A stretch of 62,669 bases of DNA, counting the filler, from Thelocarpon superellum (Eukaryota), in the NCBI GenBank assembly GCA_026025795.1. It is 2 parts of 2 records of this genome, joined end to end, with 100 filler letters (N's around TTAATTAATTAA, not from the genome) between each part and the next. Parts side by side here need not be neighbours in the genome. Positions count along the whole stretch, not along the records: positions 31,474 to 62,669 come from JAPEUG010000194.1; 1 more part is not named here. The stretch is one strand, 5' to 3'. Position 1 is the stretch's first letter; each line of letters opens with the position of its first letter. Below, piece by piece: positions 35,273 to 48,065 of the stretch. The notes under the pieces are model-generated. The model had not been told where the DNA came from and ran no database searches. It saw only the letters and a list, made by a program, of their open reading frames with translations. Both the position numbers and the translations under genes were made by a program.

Positions 35273-38200
35273 CTAAGACTGCCATAGATACTCGCTGAGC
35301 GACAATAAACGATCGCCCAGTTCGCGCTTCGCTTGCATGGCGACCTCGCGGCGCTCGCTCAGCAGCGCATCGGAATAGTACAGTTCGATGATCAAACGGA
35401 GTTCTTCGTACGTGAAGTTGCCACTTCCCCCTCCACTCCCCCCAGGGGCAGTCCCATCTGATGAACCAGCCTGGGCCTTCTCAGAAGCCGTCTCCTTGGC
35501 ATTGGCAATCACGGCTTCCGGCCCGTCGGCGAAGAAATCAAAGTACCGTGCGCTGCGCGCCAGGACGATGTCGCCTTCGATGTTCTTGAGGTTTTGCTGC
35601 AGCACTAGGATGTTGAGTTGCATTCGCGCGCACCCGGACGTGTTCATTCGCTTGATCGCGGACGAGTTGCTGACGATCATCTTGTCGAGGAGGAGGCCGA
35701 GTCCCGATGTGATGAAGCTAGTTCTCGTCAGCATGCATCGATGGATGAGGGAGGGCAAAGAAAGGGGAGTAGAAGATGAGAAGGGTACCTGTGCTCTCGT
35801 GTACGTAGGTGCGTCGTAATGTCTTCGTCGAAATTGACAAGTCCCGCGTTGAGGGTCAGGATGTAAGGGTCAGGGTCGTTCGCCGCTTGCTCGAGCACGT
35901 AGTTGCTCTGGAGCGATTTGTTGATGTGATGGATCACTTGACCGCGGCCCTCGACATGAAGCGTGAGCAGCGCAGTGGTAGCCAGCTCCTCATACGATTG
36001 GACCACGTCATCAAAGATCCTGGTCCGATCAGCCGAGTCCGCGATGCGCCTGGACCTAGAGCGCATGTGACTTACGACACCGTGTCCTGCGTCATGGGCA
36101 GGTACACCGAGGAGCGTTCGTTGCGAAGTCGAGATGGTGCGAGCAATGTCCATCGACGTCCTCGACGACTCCTTCCATCGGCATGAGAAGAGTCGACGGG
36201 ATTGCTGGTGATGTGTCGAAGCTGTCCCACCTTGGTCGCCAACCATTCCTATCGTGGTCAATGGAAGTTGGTCCCCGGAGTTATCCACGTACCATGCTTG
36301 TGTACAAGAGACAGAGAGAGGTAATGGTCCGTCGATTCGAGATGAGGTCCGAGGGTACCAGAGGTGTTTGGTTGGTATCGGCGATCAGTAGTCCGATTTC
36401 CTACAGTTCTTAGCCAGGCCCACCTGCCACTTGCACCACCCTACCTTGTCCAGTATCTTCGGACGATCCGCATCACCCGCTCGTCGCAGCAGAGCAATCG
36501 TATCGTGAATCTCGCCGGACGAAGCAAGTGCGGCGACTCGTCGCAGACGGCTGCCGCTTTCTGCATTCGCCTGCACGCCTGATACCAGAGCTGCTGCCGT
36601 CAGAATCCGTCACGAGTGGTATCCGAGGGCAAGACGGCCACCTACCTTTGAACCACTCCAGGCAGCGATCGCGATAGGTCACCATTTGCGTGATGATCAG
36701 CTGACTGAACGCCTGATCATGCGGGATGGTGTCGAGCATCTTGCAGAATGCCAGGATCAGATCGAAGAATCCAGATGCACCCTGAAGATATGAGCAACGT
36801 TCAGCCATCCGACGTAGATATGCCCACCTTGAGAATCGGCTTCCTCGCAAGCTTCGTCCAGTGCGGATCTTGCTGAAAGGCGTCCACCTCCGACGTGATC
36901 TGCGTGCTGAGCTCGACCAACGTCTCATCGAGCTGCGGATGAAACACGTTGACCAGAAAGTCGTCCAGAAAAGAGGTCAGCGTGTTCATGACAAGATCCG
37001 ATCCCGGCGGCACCACCTCCTTGAGGCGCTGGATGAAGGACAAGGAGGGCGGGAGAAGAAGTCCCATGTTGAACACGCTCGGTTCGACCAACAGTCGATG
37101 GCCCGTCCCCGAACTGTCCTGTGACTGACTGTTCTCCTGGTTGACCACGGCCTTGGTTCGAGAATCCGAGATCAGTCCAGGGACAGAGGACTTGAGGATG
37201 AACTCCAGATCTTCTTGCTCTGTCGACATCTCCACCGACTGATGGTCGATATCCGAGAGTTTGAACATTTTCTACTCCCATCAGCCGCGTCTCCAGCGTC
37301 TCGACGCACTCCTTTCTCACCTTGTTCTTGTCTCGCTGATGCCGCTGGAATGGCCCGCCACCGCCGCCGTGCTGGGTTTGGCCTGATCGGAATGCATCCT
37401 CCCCGTCGGTGGCCAGATAGTCATGCAAGAGGGTCCGAATCTAGGCCGTGTGAGTCTCGGCACGACGCTTCTTCCCCGGGGCGCGCACCTCGCTCTGGTA
37501 TAATTTCCACAATTCGTTGAAGCCTCTGGTTAACGATCCGTCTCCACCGAGCGACTCGCGCTTGACGATCCCAGCAATGACGTCGTGTAAGGCCCGGTGT
37601 CCTTCCGCAATAGCCTCGAATTTGGCATACAACGTCCACAGCAGGTCGGAGATGATCCTGGGACGCGCATCGCTTTCATCAAGACCTAACCGCGCCTGCT
37701 CCTTGGGTCGGTGACCAGACCCCTTGATTGTGTCGGGATGTCGCTGAGCTATTTCGTGGTTCGTTTTCTCGACCACCCGAAAGAGCTCCACGGGAAGTCT
37801 CTGCTCGATGCTATCCACGGCCAAGTCGAGATGGCCAAGCTTATGCAACGATTCTACCAGGAGTCGGATGTAATAAAAGGTATCCGCTTCGGGGTTTTGG
37901 GATGCATCTTCGCTCATCTGCAGATCTCAGTTCGGGAACGAGGTAGAGGCGAAGGAAAGAGAGGGACGGACTGGAGTTGATGTATCGAGATTCATCAAGA
38001 AGCTACCAAGAGGTTTGGCCGCGGGCACCACTATTGATCTCTCGTCAGTTGACGCATAAGGCCAAGACCAAGGACTCACCGAACGGCTCCTGGTTCTCCT
38101 CGCCCTTGACAACGTTGCTCTCCGCGAGAGCGAAGCTCTTCCACCGGTCCTGGCAATAGGGCGATTTAAGATAGAGATGGCTGTGCAGCTCTTCGATCAA

Positions 38201-39460
38201 GATTTCCGTCAACGACTACCAGCCATGTTAGCCACGCGCACGGCCTGATCCATCCAACCACCCACATTCTCCTGGTTAGCGAGATAGACTCTCAGGTCGC
38301 TCAAGGCCCCTATCGTATCCATCTCCGGTCGCCGGATGAGGTGGAGACCGTCGTGAAGAATCTCGATGGCGGACAAGAACATCTTCTCCGAGATGCGCGC
38401 CTCGAGTTTTTCGGGCAGGAGCTGCAAGCGTTCACTGCGGATGGTCAGCCACCCGTCACCTCCTGCAAGGTCTGCTCCCCTTACATCTGCGTGAGGATGC
38501 GTAGCATGTCATCGTAGCTCTGTGATGATGTCGCCAAGCTCTTGAGCTCCGGCTTGGCCGTCGACAGATTCAACTTGGCCGCAGCCAACGAGTCTTTGAG
38601 CGTTTGAATGCGTTCTTGTGAGGACTGGATGGCAGCCTGCACCTGATGAAAGGTCCCGATGGAGCTGTTGAAGCCTTGGTAGTGCTCTGCAGACGGTTAG
38701 TCACCGCGTCCTGGCCCGGATGGATCGCGTACCATTCACGATCGTTCGCAACGCCTTTTGCAGCTGCTTGTGCGTCGTCTGAAACTGGTCGTATTGATGG
38801 GCCCGGCCGAGGGAGCTGGGGTCCATCAGCTGAAGTGCCACCTGGACCGGCACGCACTTTTCGTCCGTCATGAAATCCCAGTCCTGTCGAATGTATTGCA
38901 GCACATCTGTCAAGGCGTGGTCAGCCATGTCACGCTCCTTGATATGCCCGTGGCAAGCCGGACGTTTGCCGACACGGAAAGGGACTGGACAGAAAGGGCG
39001 ACAATGATGCCACACAAAGACATGCGTCATGTCGTACGGAAGAAAGACCCATTCACTCATGCTGACCTTCGATCCGTCGTGCACCCTGGCCCGTCGCCTG
39101 CCGGCCCGAGCTGTTACGCCGGCCCCTGTCCCGAGACCCTCGCTGCTGCTGCTGCTCCGCCCACTCCCGTTCTTCTCTCTCGGCACGCCGCCTCGGAGAC
39201 TCATTCTGCGGCACGTATCCACGCGGCCGTGAGCGAATCGGGGGCTCGACCGAGGCGCCATGGTCGGCGGCGTCGAACGACCCTCCTCCATAGGCGCCCT
39301 GGCGCCGTTCGCGGCTCCCGCCGCCGCTACCGCCGCTGCGTGATCGCTGGCGATTGCCGTTCAGATCGTCATCGTATCGATTGGGGCTGGAGTCATGGTA
39401 TCCATTGGCGTAGGGGTTCCCGCTGCCTCCCGTGCGGAATTGCTGGGGTGCCCGGGACAT
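35273..39460 (-). CDS. SEC8: Exocyst component Sec8 (multi-exon)
   Basis: QDWDFMTDEKCVPVQVALQLMDPSSLG..IVNEHYQGFNSSIGTFH, NPEADTFYYIRLLVESL, FILKSSVPGL, TGHRLLVEPSVFNM, RMQLNILVLQQNLKNIE. Confidence 0.92.
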
Positions 39461-39909
39461 TGCTAGGTCCTGGCGGCCTGGGTCCTGGTGGTGTTACCTC
39501 CAGGCTCTTTCGATGGGGACATGGAACCACGACCAGACGCACGGAGTCATCTGGTCCTTTCCCTCGTCACAGCTTCTCGTGTGCTGGACTGCGCTGTGGC
39601 CTATTCAGGTCCGGTAAGGCATGTCGAATGCAGCCGCAATACCACTGTATGCACCGTACATCCTCCAAGGTATCTGCTCCAGGAGAGAGGGACGACTCGC
39701 GGCCAGAAACACGACTACGCGGGACTTGCCGCGCCTGTCATTGTGCACTGACGACCTCCCCATTAACGATTTCCCGGTCATTGGGGTTCCCTCCATTATA
39801 TCTGCCCGCCTCCCGCGACGGGGGATCTCCACGAAGCTGGACGATGGAAGTAATTCTCGTCATCCTCGCCCACTAGTGGAACTATTGAATCGGCAAGCCG
39901 ACGGTCATC

Positions 39910-40625
39910 ATGTCCAACGCCGCCATGAACATTGCTGAGGCCATTCAAACCGCCTCCATCAACCGTGCTCCCTCACCCCGCCATGATCTCAATCCCTCGA
40001 CCGCGGCGAGCGCGAAAGAGCCTGTGACCGTGAGCGCGCCTCCGGTTGACTCGGATCTAGACGACGACGAGATTCCCGACTCCGTCATCCAGCCACAAGC
40101 CCGAAAAGCCAACCTGCCACCCCTGCCGGATCTACGATTCGAGCAGAGCTATCTGGCGAGCATCAGCAAGGCCGAAACGAAGACGCAGGTCATGTGGATC
40201 ACCGTACGGGACCAGGTATCTTGTCTTTCTCCCGGAATATGTGCAGAATACGCTCATCTGACGGTGCTTTAGGTCATCCTGCCCTTGGTGCAGGGAACGA
40301 TGTGGACACTGATCTTGCACGGCTGGAGGTTTTGGAACAAGAGTGCGAGTTACAGTGGCAGGACAATCGGCTGTACGTAGCACTTCGATGGTGCACGTGA
40401 AGCTGGAGATAGCATCTCTGACGGTCCATGACGCAGCGAGGATCCGATTGTGGTGGTACGGAGTCAACAACTGGGACATCCCGAAGGCGAAGCCTCCTCC
40501 ACGTTTGAGGCTGGCCAACGACATTGGCGAAGTGAGTTTCGAGGCTGAGGCAGAACAAGCCGATTTCGAGACTGACCCTCTTGCAGTACTATACCGGCAT
40601 CTTTGGGAGTTCGGGGGTCGACTGA
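39910..40625 (+). CDS. DUF1770-like fungal membrane protein (4 exons)
   Basis: IQTASINRAPSPRHDLNPSTAAS, LPPLPDLRFEQSYLASI, ITVRDQ|VILPLVQGTMW..GWRFWN, RIRLWWYGVNNW. Confidence 0.8.
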
Positions 40626-40928
40626 CACGGGCGTGCTCATTTGCTGCGGGATCCACGACTGCTTTGACACGATACGACTACCTGGCTGTAGGATTGGCAG
40701 TCTATCAAACGCATCAAGCTCGCGGGGCAGGAGAAGAGAAGAGGGCGCCTGTCGTCGCTGGTACACAGCCCGACGTGTCTAGAGCTATTGGAAGGGATGA
40801 GGCGCACTGCGGCGGGGCCCTGGACCTGAACAGGATGCGCACCGTCTATTTCTATACTGTCCACCCAACGCCGTGCGACACCACGCCCATGAATCATCCT
40901 AGTCAAGAATGTACACAAGGACTAAACC

Positions 40929-43058
40929 TCAAGTGCCCGATGACGTCGGCACTGGCGGGGTGACGGTATGCGTCGCCGTGGGATTGAAGCTGCTCTTCTC
41001 GCTGTCCAAGTCCATGGCATTTGGCGTCAGATGCGATGGCGACGTCCCATTCGGCCGTAGCTGGAGAGGAGAAGCGTTCGAGGTCCCGTTGATGGATGGC
41101 AGCGCTAAGGCCGGCTCGGCGGTGGGCTTGCTCATGACGAGTGAACTCAGCGCATTCGTCGGTGATTCCGCTGCTCCGTTGGCTTTCAAAGCGGCCGCAT
41201 CCGACGCGGGCCGGTCGTGATCCGGAGCGGCCTTGGACGATTGATGTCGGCCATATCGCAGCTGCACCACAAGACTGCGGTTAGGGGAGACCCCGTTGGC
41301 CCCACCAAGATCATCCTCATCGTCGGACACGTCCTCTTCCTCCTCATTATCGTCCTCCAGATCGGCATCCACATCGTCATCCCCGTTGTAGTCGTCGGCG
41401 CCGCTGGACGCCGCATCCTCTTCATCGTCCATCTCATCGACGGAATTGTAGCCGGCGATGTGATCGCCCCCACCGCTCCAGCCATCGGCCTCCGGTCGTA
41501 CTCGCGTCGGACGAGACCGATTCGGCAGGCCGCTGGACACGTCCGGTCCGTCTCCAGTGCCATCATCGGCACCGTCCATGCTGGCGTCGAGTCGCTCTGC
41601 GGCGCGACCGCTGAACATGCTCTCCCCATATGCTCCCCCAAAGCGGGAGCGCACCTGGCGGCCACTGGCCGTGAAGGTGGGTTCGTCCGCTCGCTCCCCT
41701 GGCGTGGAAATGCCCGAGGGTCGTGACCGGCGGCCCGAGGGTACATCGGAGCCCTCGCCTTCGTCCGAGGAGTAGGTGTATTTAATCTTTTTCCCACGCG
41801 TGCGCCCTTCGTAGAGCGAGAAGCCGGGATCCGCCCGTGTGAACTGCGCTTTACGGGCCATGCGATATTCTCGGCGTCGTCGTTTCTGGAGTTGAGTCTG
41901 CCGATTAGGGAGCGGAGCACCAGCCGGGTTGCAGAAAGACTCACCTCCTCCGTCGCCTCAAAGCGCGGGATGGCCAGGTTGATGCGCTCGCTGAGCCGCC
42001 GCGCCGCTTGGCTCCCCTCATCACTCAATTGCTGTCCCACGGTCTTCAGCTCGTCGATACTGCCGGCCACCGACCACCACGTGTTGTTCTTGAGCTTGAT
42101 GTTGCTCTCGCGGTACAGCCGGAAACTGGTGTCGTCGCGACCCTCGATGAGCCAGTAGCGCCGCTTGTCACCGTCCACCCCCCATGGCTGCACCGACAAG
42201 GGCTGATTGAGGTCATCGTCGTGGCGGGCTTGCTTGTAGGAGTCCTTGATGACGGCCTGGACAGCTTCGGATGAAGCCAAGGCCCACAGGATCAAGGTTT
42301 TCAAGAGAGTGAGCTACAGCGGGTTGCAATCAGCATCGCGGCTCCTCGTCCTCCACGAAATCAGAGCTCATACCCGCGCGGCGGGTGACATGTTGAGAAA
42401 AGTCTTGCCGCCGTGCAAAGGATTAGTCCCGTTCCACTCCCGGGGCCAATATGGCGTATGCGTCAAGACGGCCTCCTCGAGTGCTCGATGATAGTGACCT
42501 CTCCTGTTGTCCCCAGTCTGAGATTAGCAAGACAAATGCTGGGGACGATCGTGGGGGTGAACAGCGGGGAGAGAAGGGTCTCACTCGACATATTTCTTGC
42601 GATTCAAGACCAGACCGAGCAAGGCGCAGAGAAGATTCTCCACCTGCTCTGACGGCACCGAGTCCACCACGCCGTTCTCGATATCCTGCGGTCCGTAATG
42701 CCCAAGAGACTTGGGGAAAGCTTCGTGGAAGCGGGAGCGGAACATAACGATGAACTGCCGGGTATCTCCGTCAGCTGTCAGGCTCGTGCGGACGCGCCGA
42801 GGCAAAAGCTGAGATGTCGACGCGACGCGTGCGAGAACAACTTACCGCAATGTCGGCATTATCGGCCAACACGTACTCGTGGGGTGGAGATGGCGCTCGT
42901 TTTCGTTGCGTCGCGTGGCTGTCGTTCGGTCCGGCGGGCGCGTGGGCGGCGCGAGACACGAACTTGAGCATGCCATCGTTGCCGGAGAACTGCGCCTCCA
43001 GCTCCTCGCTGTCCGTCGTCGGCGGAGAGGACAAGGTCGATGAATCGGAGAGCGACAT
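40929..43058 (-). CDS. WHIM1-like domain nuclear protein (putative chromatin-remodeller partner), multi-exon
   Basis: SPPHEYVLADNADIA|FIVMFRSRF, LLGLVLNRKK, NPLHGGKTF, PWGVDGDKRRYWLIEG..FRLYRE, SLYEGRTRGKKIKYTY, acidic tail. Confidence 0.75.
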
Positions 43059-44290
43059 GATGAAATGGCTCGCCCGTGGACACGGTGGACGGACGCACGA
43101 GGCGGTGGAAATGGGTCGGATGGGTGGAGCCGACGGTATAAGGAGAGGTGGACACGAGTTTGGAGCTATGTTACGAGCGATCGACTAACATCGCTGCCGG
43201 AATCGTCACGTCACTCATGCCATGCCGTGCCCTATCATCCGCCGCACATATGGGACGTGATCGGCCTTCAATCCGGCAGAAATCACATCTACGGTCTCAT
43301 GTCCAGACAGCCACATCATTCTAGGTCTAATTGAACAAAGCCATCGGGCTCACAGCCCGTCTGGGCAACAGAGCATCTGTTAGCAGATAAGGTTGTAAGG
43401 TCCGGCCGATACCGTATCCTCTCTGAGCCGAGACCGAGCGTCTCGCCCACCGCGAGTCACTGCGGAGAGGAGAATGGACGGTCGGGTCCTCCAAGTCGAA
43501 GAGTGGCACGTCTCGCGAACCAGACGGCGGATTTTCCTCTCGCTCAGTGTCGCATTTGCAAAGCCCTCAATAGCACCACGCATCACAGCATCGGTGAAGC
43601 AATCGCTGGCGCAGTTGTTCATCTCAACACCACATTGTGGACGGGCAATCGAGCAATCGCCCCCGCGAAAGCGATGCGGTAATAACAGGGGTTTAGAGAG
43701 CTCGCTGGGCTCCGCGGCTCGACAATCAATGGGGCGTTCCAAGCCATCGTTAACGCGCTGGCCTTTCTTCGTCAGGGGACCAAGGAATGCCAAACAAGTT
43801 CGACGCGCCATATTGCGAAGAGCCAATCACGAAAAGGGTGGCGCGAGGCAAAGAAGAGAGAACAAGATGGATCTCGTGCTCCAGCTGGTGAACGCTGGCG
43901 ACATCTCGACGGCACAAATGTCTTGGAGATAAGGGGAAATCGGGGGGCAGCTATTGGGAGAAAGATGAATGCGGGACTTCCAGATCCAGCGAGACATTCG
44001 CGTGACACCACGTGTGGACGCGCCCTATCTTCCTCAGGTCATTTTCGCTCGACTGGAAGTCTGGAGGGCTTCGTGATGTCACGTCGCCGTAAAGCACAGA
44101 TAACGTCGTTTCATCGGTGCTTTTGGCTCGTTCGGATTGCGATGATTCTTCATTGATGGGACAGTGGGCGGCATAGCGCACGATAGAAGCAACGCCTCGA
44201 AGATTGACTACGTCGGGCAAGCACTGGTTACAAAGAGCCACGAGACGAAGTTCGCGGCTGGCGGATCAGCCGGCGCTAACGCCAGGCTCG

Positions 44291-44313
44291 ATCACGTGAT
44301 TTGGCTTAGGGCT
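44291..44313. promoter_or_regulatory. ATCACGTGAT E-box plus TTAGGGCT motif upstream of RPL2
   Basis: Adjacent Cbf1-like and Tbf1/AGCCCTAA-like motifs about 210 bp upstream of a ribosomal protein gene. Confidence 0.5.
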
Positions 44314-44518
44314 GGCCCGAGATGATTGTAGGCGAGCACAAATAGATCTTGCCCGGATGACCCAATGCAGTAGGAAATTGATAGAACATCTGTCAACCAA
44401 CTCAGATCCGCTGTTCCACGTCGCCCACGCCGAGGTATGCTCTTTCCGATTGCTGGGCTACAGTCTCCAAGCTCTCCTTGTACCGCCCCTCTAATGCTCG
44501 TAACCAGGGCACGGAAAG

Positions 44519-45397
44519 ATGGGTCGAGTTATCCGCAATCAGAGAAAGGGTCGTGGATCCATCTTCAGTAAGTTCCCGACAAGATCAGTGGATCGACCTA
44601 AGCGCTGACATGATTCTCAGCGGCCAACACTCGTCTCAACAAAGCGCCTGCACAATTCCGAACCCTCGACTACTCGGAGCGTCATGGATACATCCGTGGA
44701 GTGGTGAAGGAGATCATCCATGACCCGGGACGTGGAGCCCCGCTCGCCAAGGTCGTCTTCCGCGACCCCTACCGCTTCCGACTGCACACCGAGACCTTCA
44801 TCGCCAATGAGGGCATGTACACGGGCCAATTCATCTACGCCGGCAAGAAAGCGTCGCTGACGGTGGGCAATGTGCTCCCGTTGTCATCGATTCCGGAAGG
44901 AACGGTGATCACGAACGTGGAGGAGAAGGTGGGCGACCGAGGCACGCTGGGCCGCACGTCGGGCAACTACGTCACAGTGATCGGTCACAATGCCGACGAG
45001 GGCAAGACGCGAGTCAAGCTGCCCAGCGGCGCGAAGAAGGTGATCCGGAGCTCGGCACGAGGCATGGTGGGGATTGTGGCCGGAGGAGGCCGGACAGACA
45101 AGCCCCTGATGAGTACGCATACCCTACACGCACGCCTGCACACCAACGTTCTCAGCACTGACATGCCCTGCAGAGGCCTCGCGCGCCAAGCACAAGTTCG
45201 CCGTGAAGCGCAACTCATGGCCGAAGACGCGTGGTGTGGCGATGAATCCCGTGGACCATCCGCACGGTGGAGGGAACCATCAGCATATCGGTAAGGCGTC
45301 GACGATCTCGCGGTACGCAGTGCAGGGACAAAAGGCGGGCTTGATTGCGGCGCGCCGTACGGGTCTGCTGCGCGGTACGCAGAAGGTCAAGGATTAG
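44519..45397 (+). CDS. RPL2: 60S ribosomal protein L2 (uL2); introns 44568-44620 and 45113-45173, probable 5'UTR intron about 44435-44506
   Basis: [64 protein letters not shown]. Confidence 0.98.
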
Positions 45398-45892
45398 AGC
45401 GCCGTGGGTCGTGTTGGTAGCCGCGGTGGGGATGGGGGATCTGATGGTCAGAAGCGCCATGTGGTTGTACGCCGAGCACGAATCAATCGCCGTGTCAACT
45501 TCGGTCCAAAAACGATGATTACCTACTCCCGCTCGTGCCCATTCATCCATCCATCCATTTACCCATCGTAACGTGACCATCGCGACCATCTCTACACACG
45601 GTTCCGGACAAGTCCGAAGACGAAGATGGATTCATCGACCAATTCTCAGTTCCGCATTCAACTCCGAGGGATACATACGGAAAGGTGTGATGATACATGA
45701 AACACGACGTAGGGACCCCATCCGCCGCTCGACATCGCCATGTGTGACTGATTCTGTACGTACGTGCCGGCATGGAGGCATGGTGGCTGCGCAGACCTTC
45801 CAAGGCCAGCTTGTGCCTAGCTTGACTCTGTCTCCTCGGATCCCGACAGTCCAACAAGGACAATGAGAGGATAGACGCGTCAAGATCGGCAT

Positions 45893-47572
45893 TTAATCGC
45901 TCTCATCGTCGTCGTCGTCTGCGGGTTCCGACGTGCCGTTGACTTTCGTCGACTTCTTCTTTTCCTTCTTCTCTTTCTTTTCCTTTTTCTCCTTCTTTTT
46001 CCGCTTGCGTTCTGCTTTCTCTTCCGGCGTCTCGTCGTCGTGCCGTTTGCGCTTTTTGGCGTCGCCGTTTTCCGTGACCGCGACGGAGGTGTCGGGTATG
46101 TCATTCGTAACGTTTGCGGCCACGGCGGCGACGTCTGATGCTGGTCCGTCGCCGCTGTCGAGCGGCGCGTTGAAGTCCTTGTAGTCTTGTTGCCATTTGG
46201 CAGGTGTGGCTTCGTTGGCACGGCCATATTTCTGTTCAAACTTAGCGACGGAGGTGGTCGGATGCGGGGAGATGCTCACATCTAGCTTGCCATCGGCCTT
46301 CATCTTCTTCTTCTCCAATGCCACAGGTCCCAGTCCCCATCGTCGGGGGTACAGGTCTCGTTCCATGATGCATCGTTTGACTTTGGCCACAACGCCATGG
46401 TCGCACGTCGTGAGCTCCACGGTCGACATCTGGGCGATACCCAGTGCAATCGCCTCGCCTTTGGTCGTCATCAACACCACCTCTTCGTGATGTTCGATCC
46501 CAGCCTCTGCCAGACGTTAGAGCGAGTCAAGCGACCGATCGCACGACACATACCGTATCGTAAGAGCCCAGGAATCATCAGCTTCGCCCCGTAGCACACC
46601 GCATTGACCGCACTGTCCTTCACCACGATCCGCTTGTACGTCGTGAGAAGCGTTTCCAGTGGTCGTATCACTCGTCGGAGATACGATTCGTCGCGGTTGT
46701 TGTCTTGCACCCACTGCGCGTCCAGGACATCGTGCAGGGTCACCAGGCCGTCATTCTCATCCATCGCACCACTTCTTACTCGTCGAAGCTCTTGCATATG
46801 CGCTCCCACACCCAACAAGAGCCCGAGATGCACGCAGAGCGTCCGGATGTATGTCCCGGCCTCGCAGCTGACCCAGAAGACGGCCAGATGCCGGTCATTG
46901 TCGAATTCGTACAACTTGCTCTCGTGGATCGTCCGAATTCGAAGCTGTCGTTTGACGGCAGAGATGACGGGCGGCCGCTGGAAGAGCGCGCCGGTCAAGG
47001 TCTCGAGGGCACGGGCGAACTGGGCCTGGCCACCCGGGAGCTTGTCGTGCAATCGAATCACGCAGACGTACTCCTTTCCGGCTCCTTGCTGTGATTTGAC
47101 TAGTCGCGTTGCACGATCGAGACAGACGATCAGACACCCGGTGACTTTAGGGTCGAGCGTCCCACTGTGGCCCGTCTTCTCGATACTAGGGTTTCGTCAG
47201 TGAGATGGAGAAGGCAAGGGTCGGATATGGGCCAAGAAGCATACCGAAGCATGCGCTTCACCCAGGCGACAACCTCATGGCTTGAGGGATTGGATGGCTT
47301 GTCGAGGTTGATGACGCCAGAGCTGATGTAGGATTTGAGATCACGTTTGAGCGGTGTGCAACCGTGTGGAATGGGAGTGAAATGACCAGTGCGAACCAGC
47401 ACTGTCCAAGCGTCATGAGTAAGACGATACCTGCCACGAGCTTCAAGGGCGATCACTTACGCTTATCGTAGTTCTTCAGAAGGAGAGGCCATTCGCTAGT
47501 GTCAACGGTGGGCGTGACCTTCTCCGGCTTGATGGTATAGTCAACCTCGGTGCGGGCGACTACGACCGCCAT
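45893..47572 (-). CDS. CBF5: H/ACA pseudouridine synthase Cbf5/dyskerin (multi-exon)
   Basis: [76 protein letters not shown]-rich tail. Confidence 0.97.
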
Positions 47573-48065
47573 TGCGAGCGACAATCACTCGGGCCAAGCT
47601 TCGAGAGCTTCAATGGCTTCAGCTGCGACCTAGATAATGCAATCGCGATCCACCCTTCCTTTGTCGTCTCTGTGCTCCTGTTCCGATCATCGGTGTGCGT
47701 GTGCGGAGAGATGCGGTGTTGCTCAAAATTTCCGCTGGTGGGTGTGCGCTACTTTGGGTTAGCTTGATGGAGGTTGGTTGATCCGTTCGGCCAGCCAGTT
47801 AGGCGATCGGGCGATTAGGCGGTGCTTGACGACTTACCACTCCTCTCGGCCACAGTCAAACGCTCGCCACAGCGTCTAATATACGAAGCTCGGGAGTACC
47901 CCCGTACTTCGTACGAGTCTTATACGTTTGAATGCTCCTCTTACGAATCTTTCCAGTAATCAAATCACCTCGAAGCCTCGTAAGACTAACGTACATGATG
48001 TCAAGGACACCCATCGGCCCACGAGAGCGCTACGGCCCAGATCAGGCCTGATAATCCACATGCCG

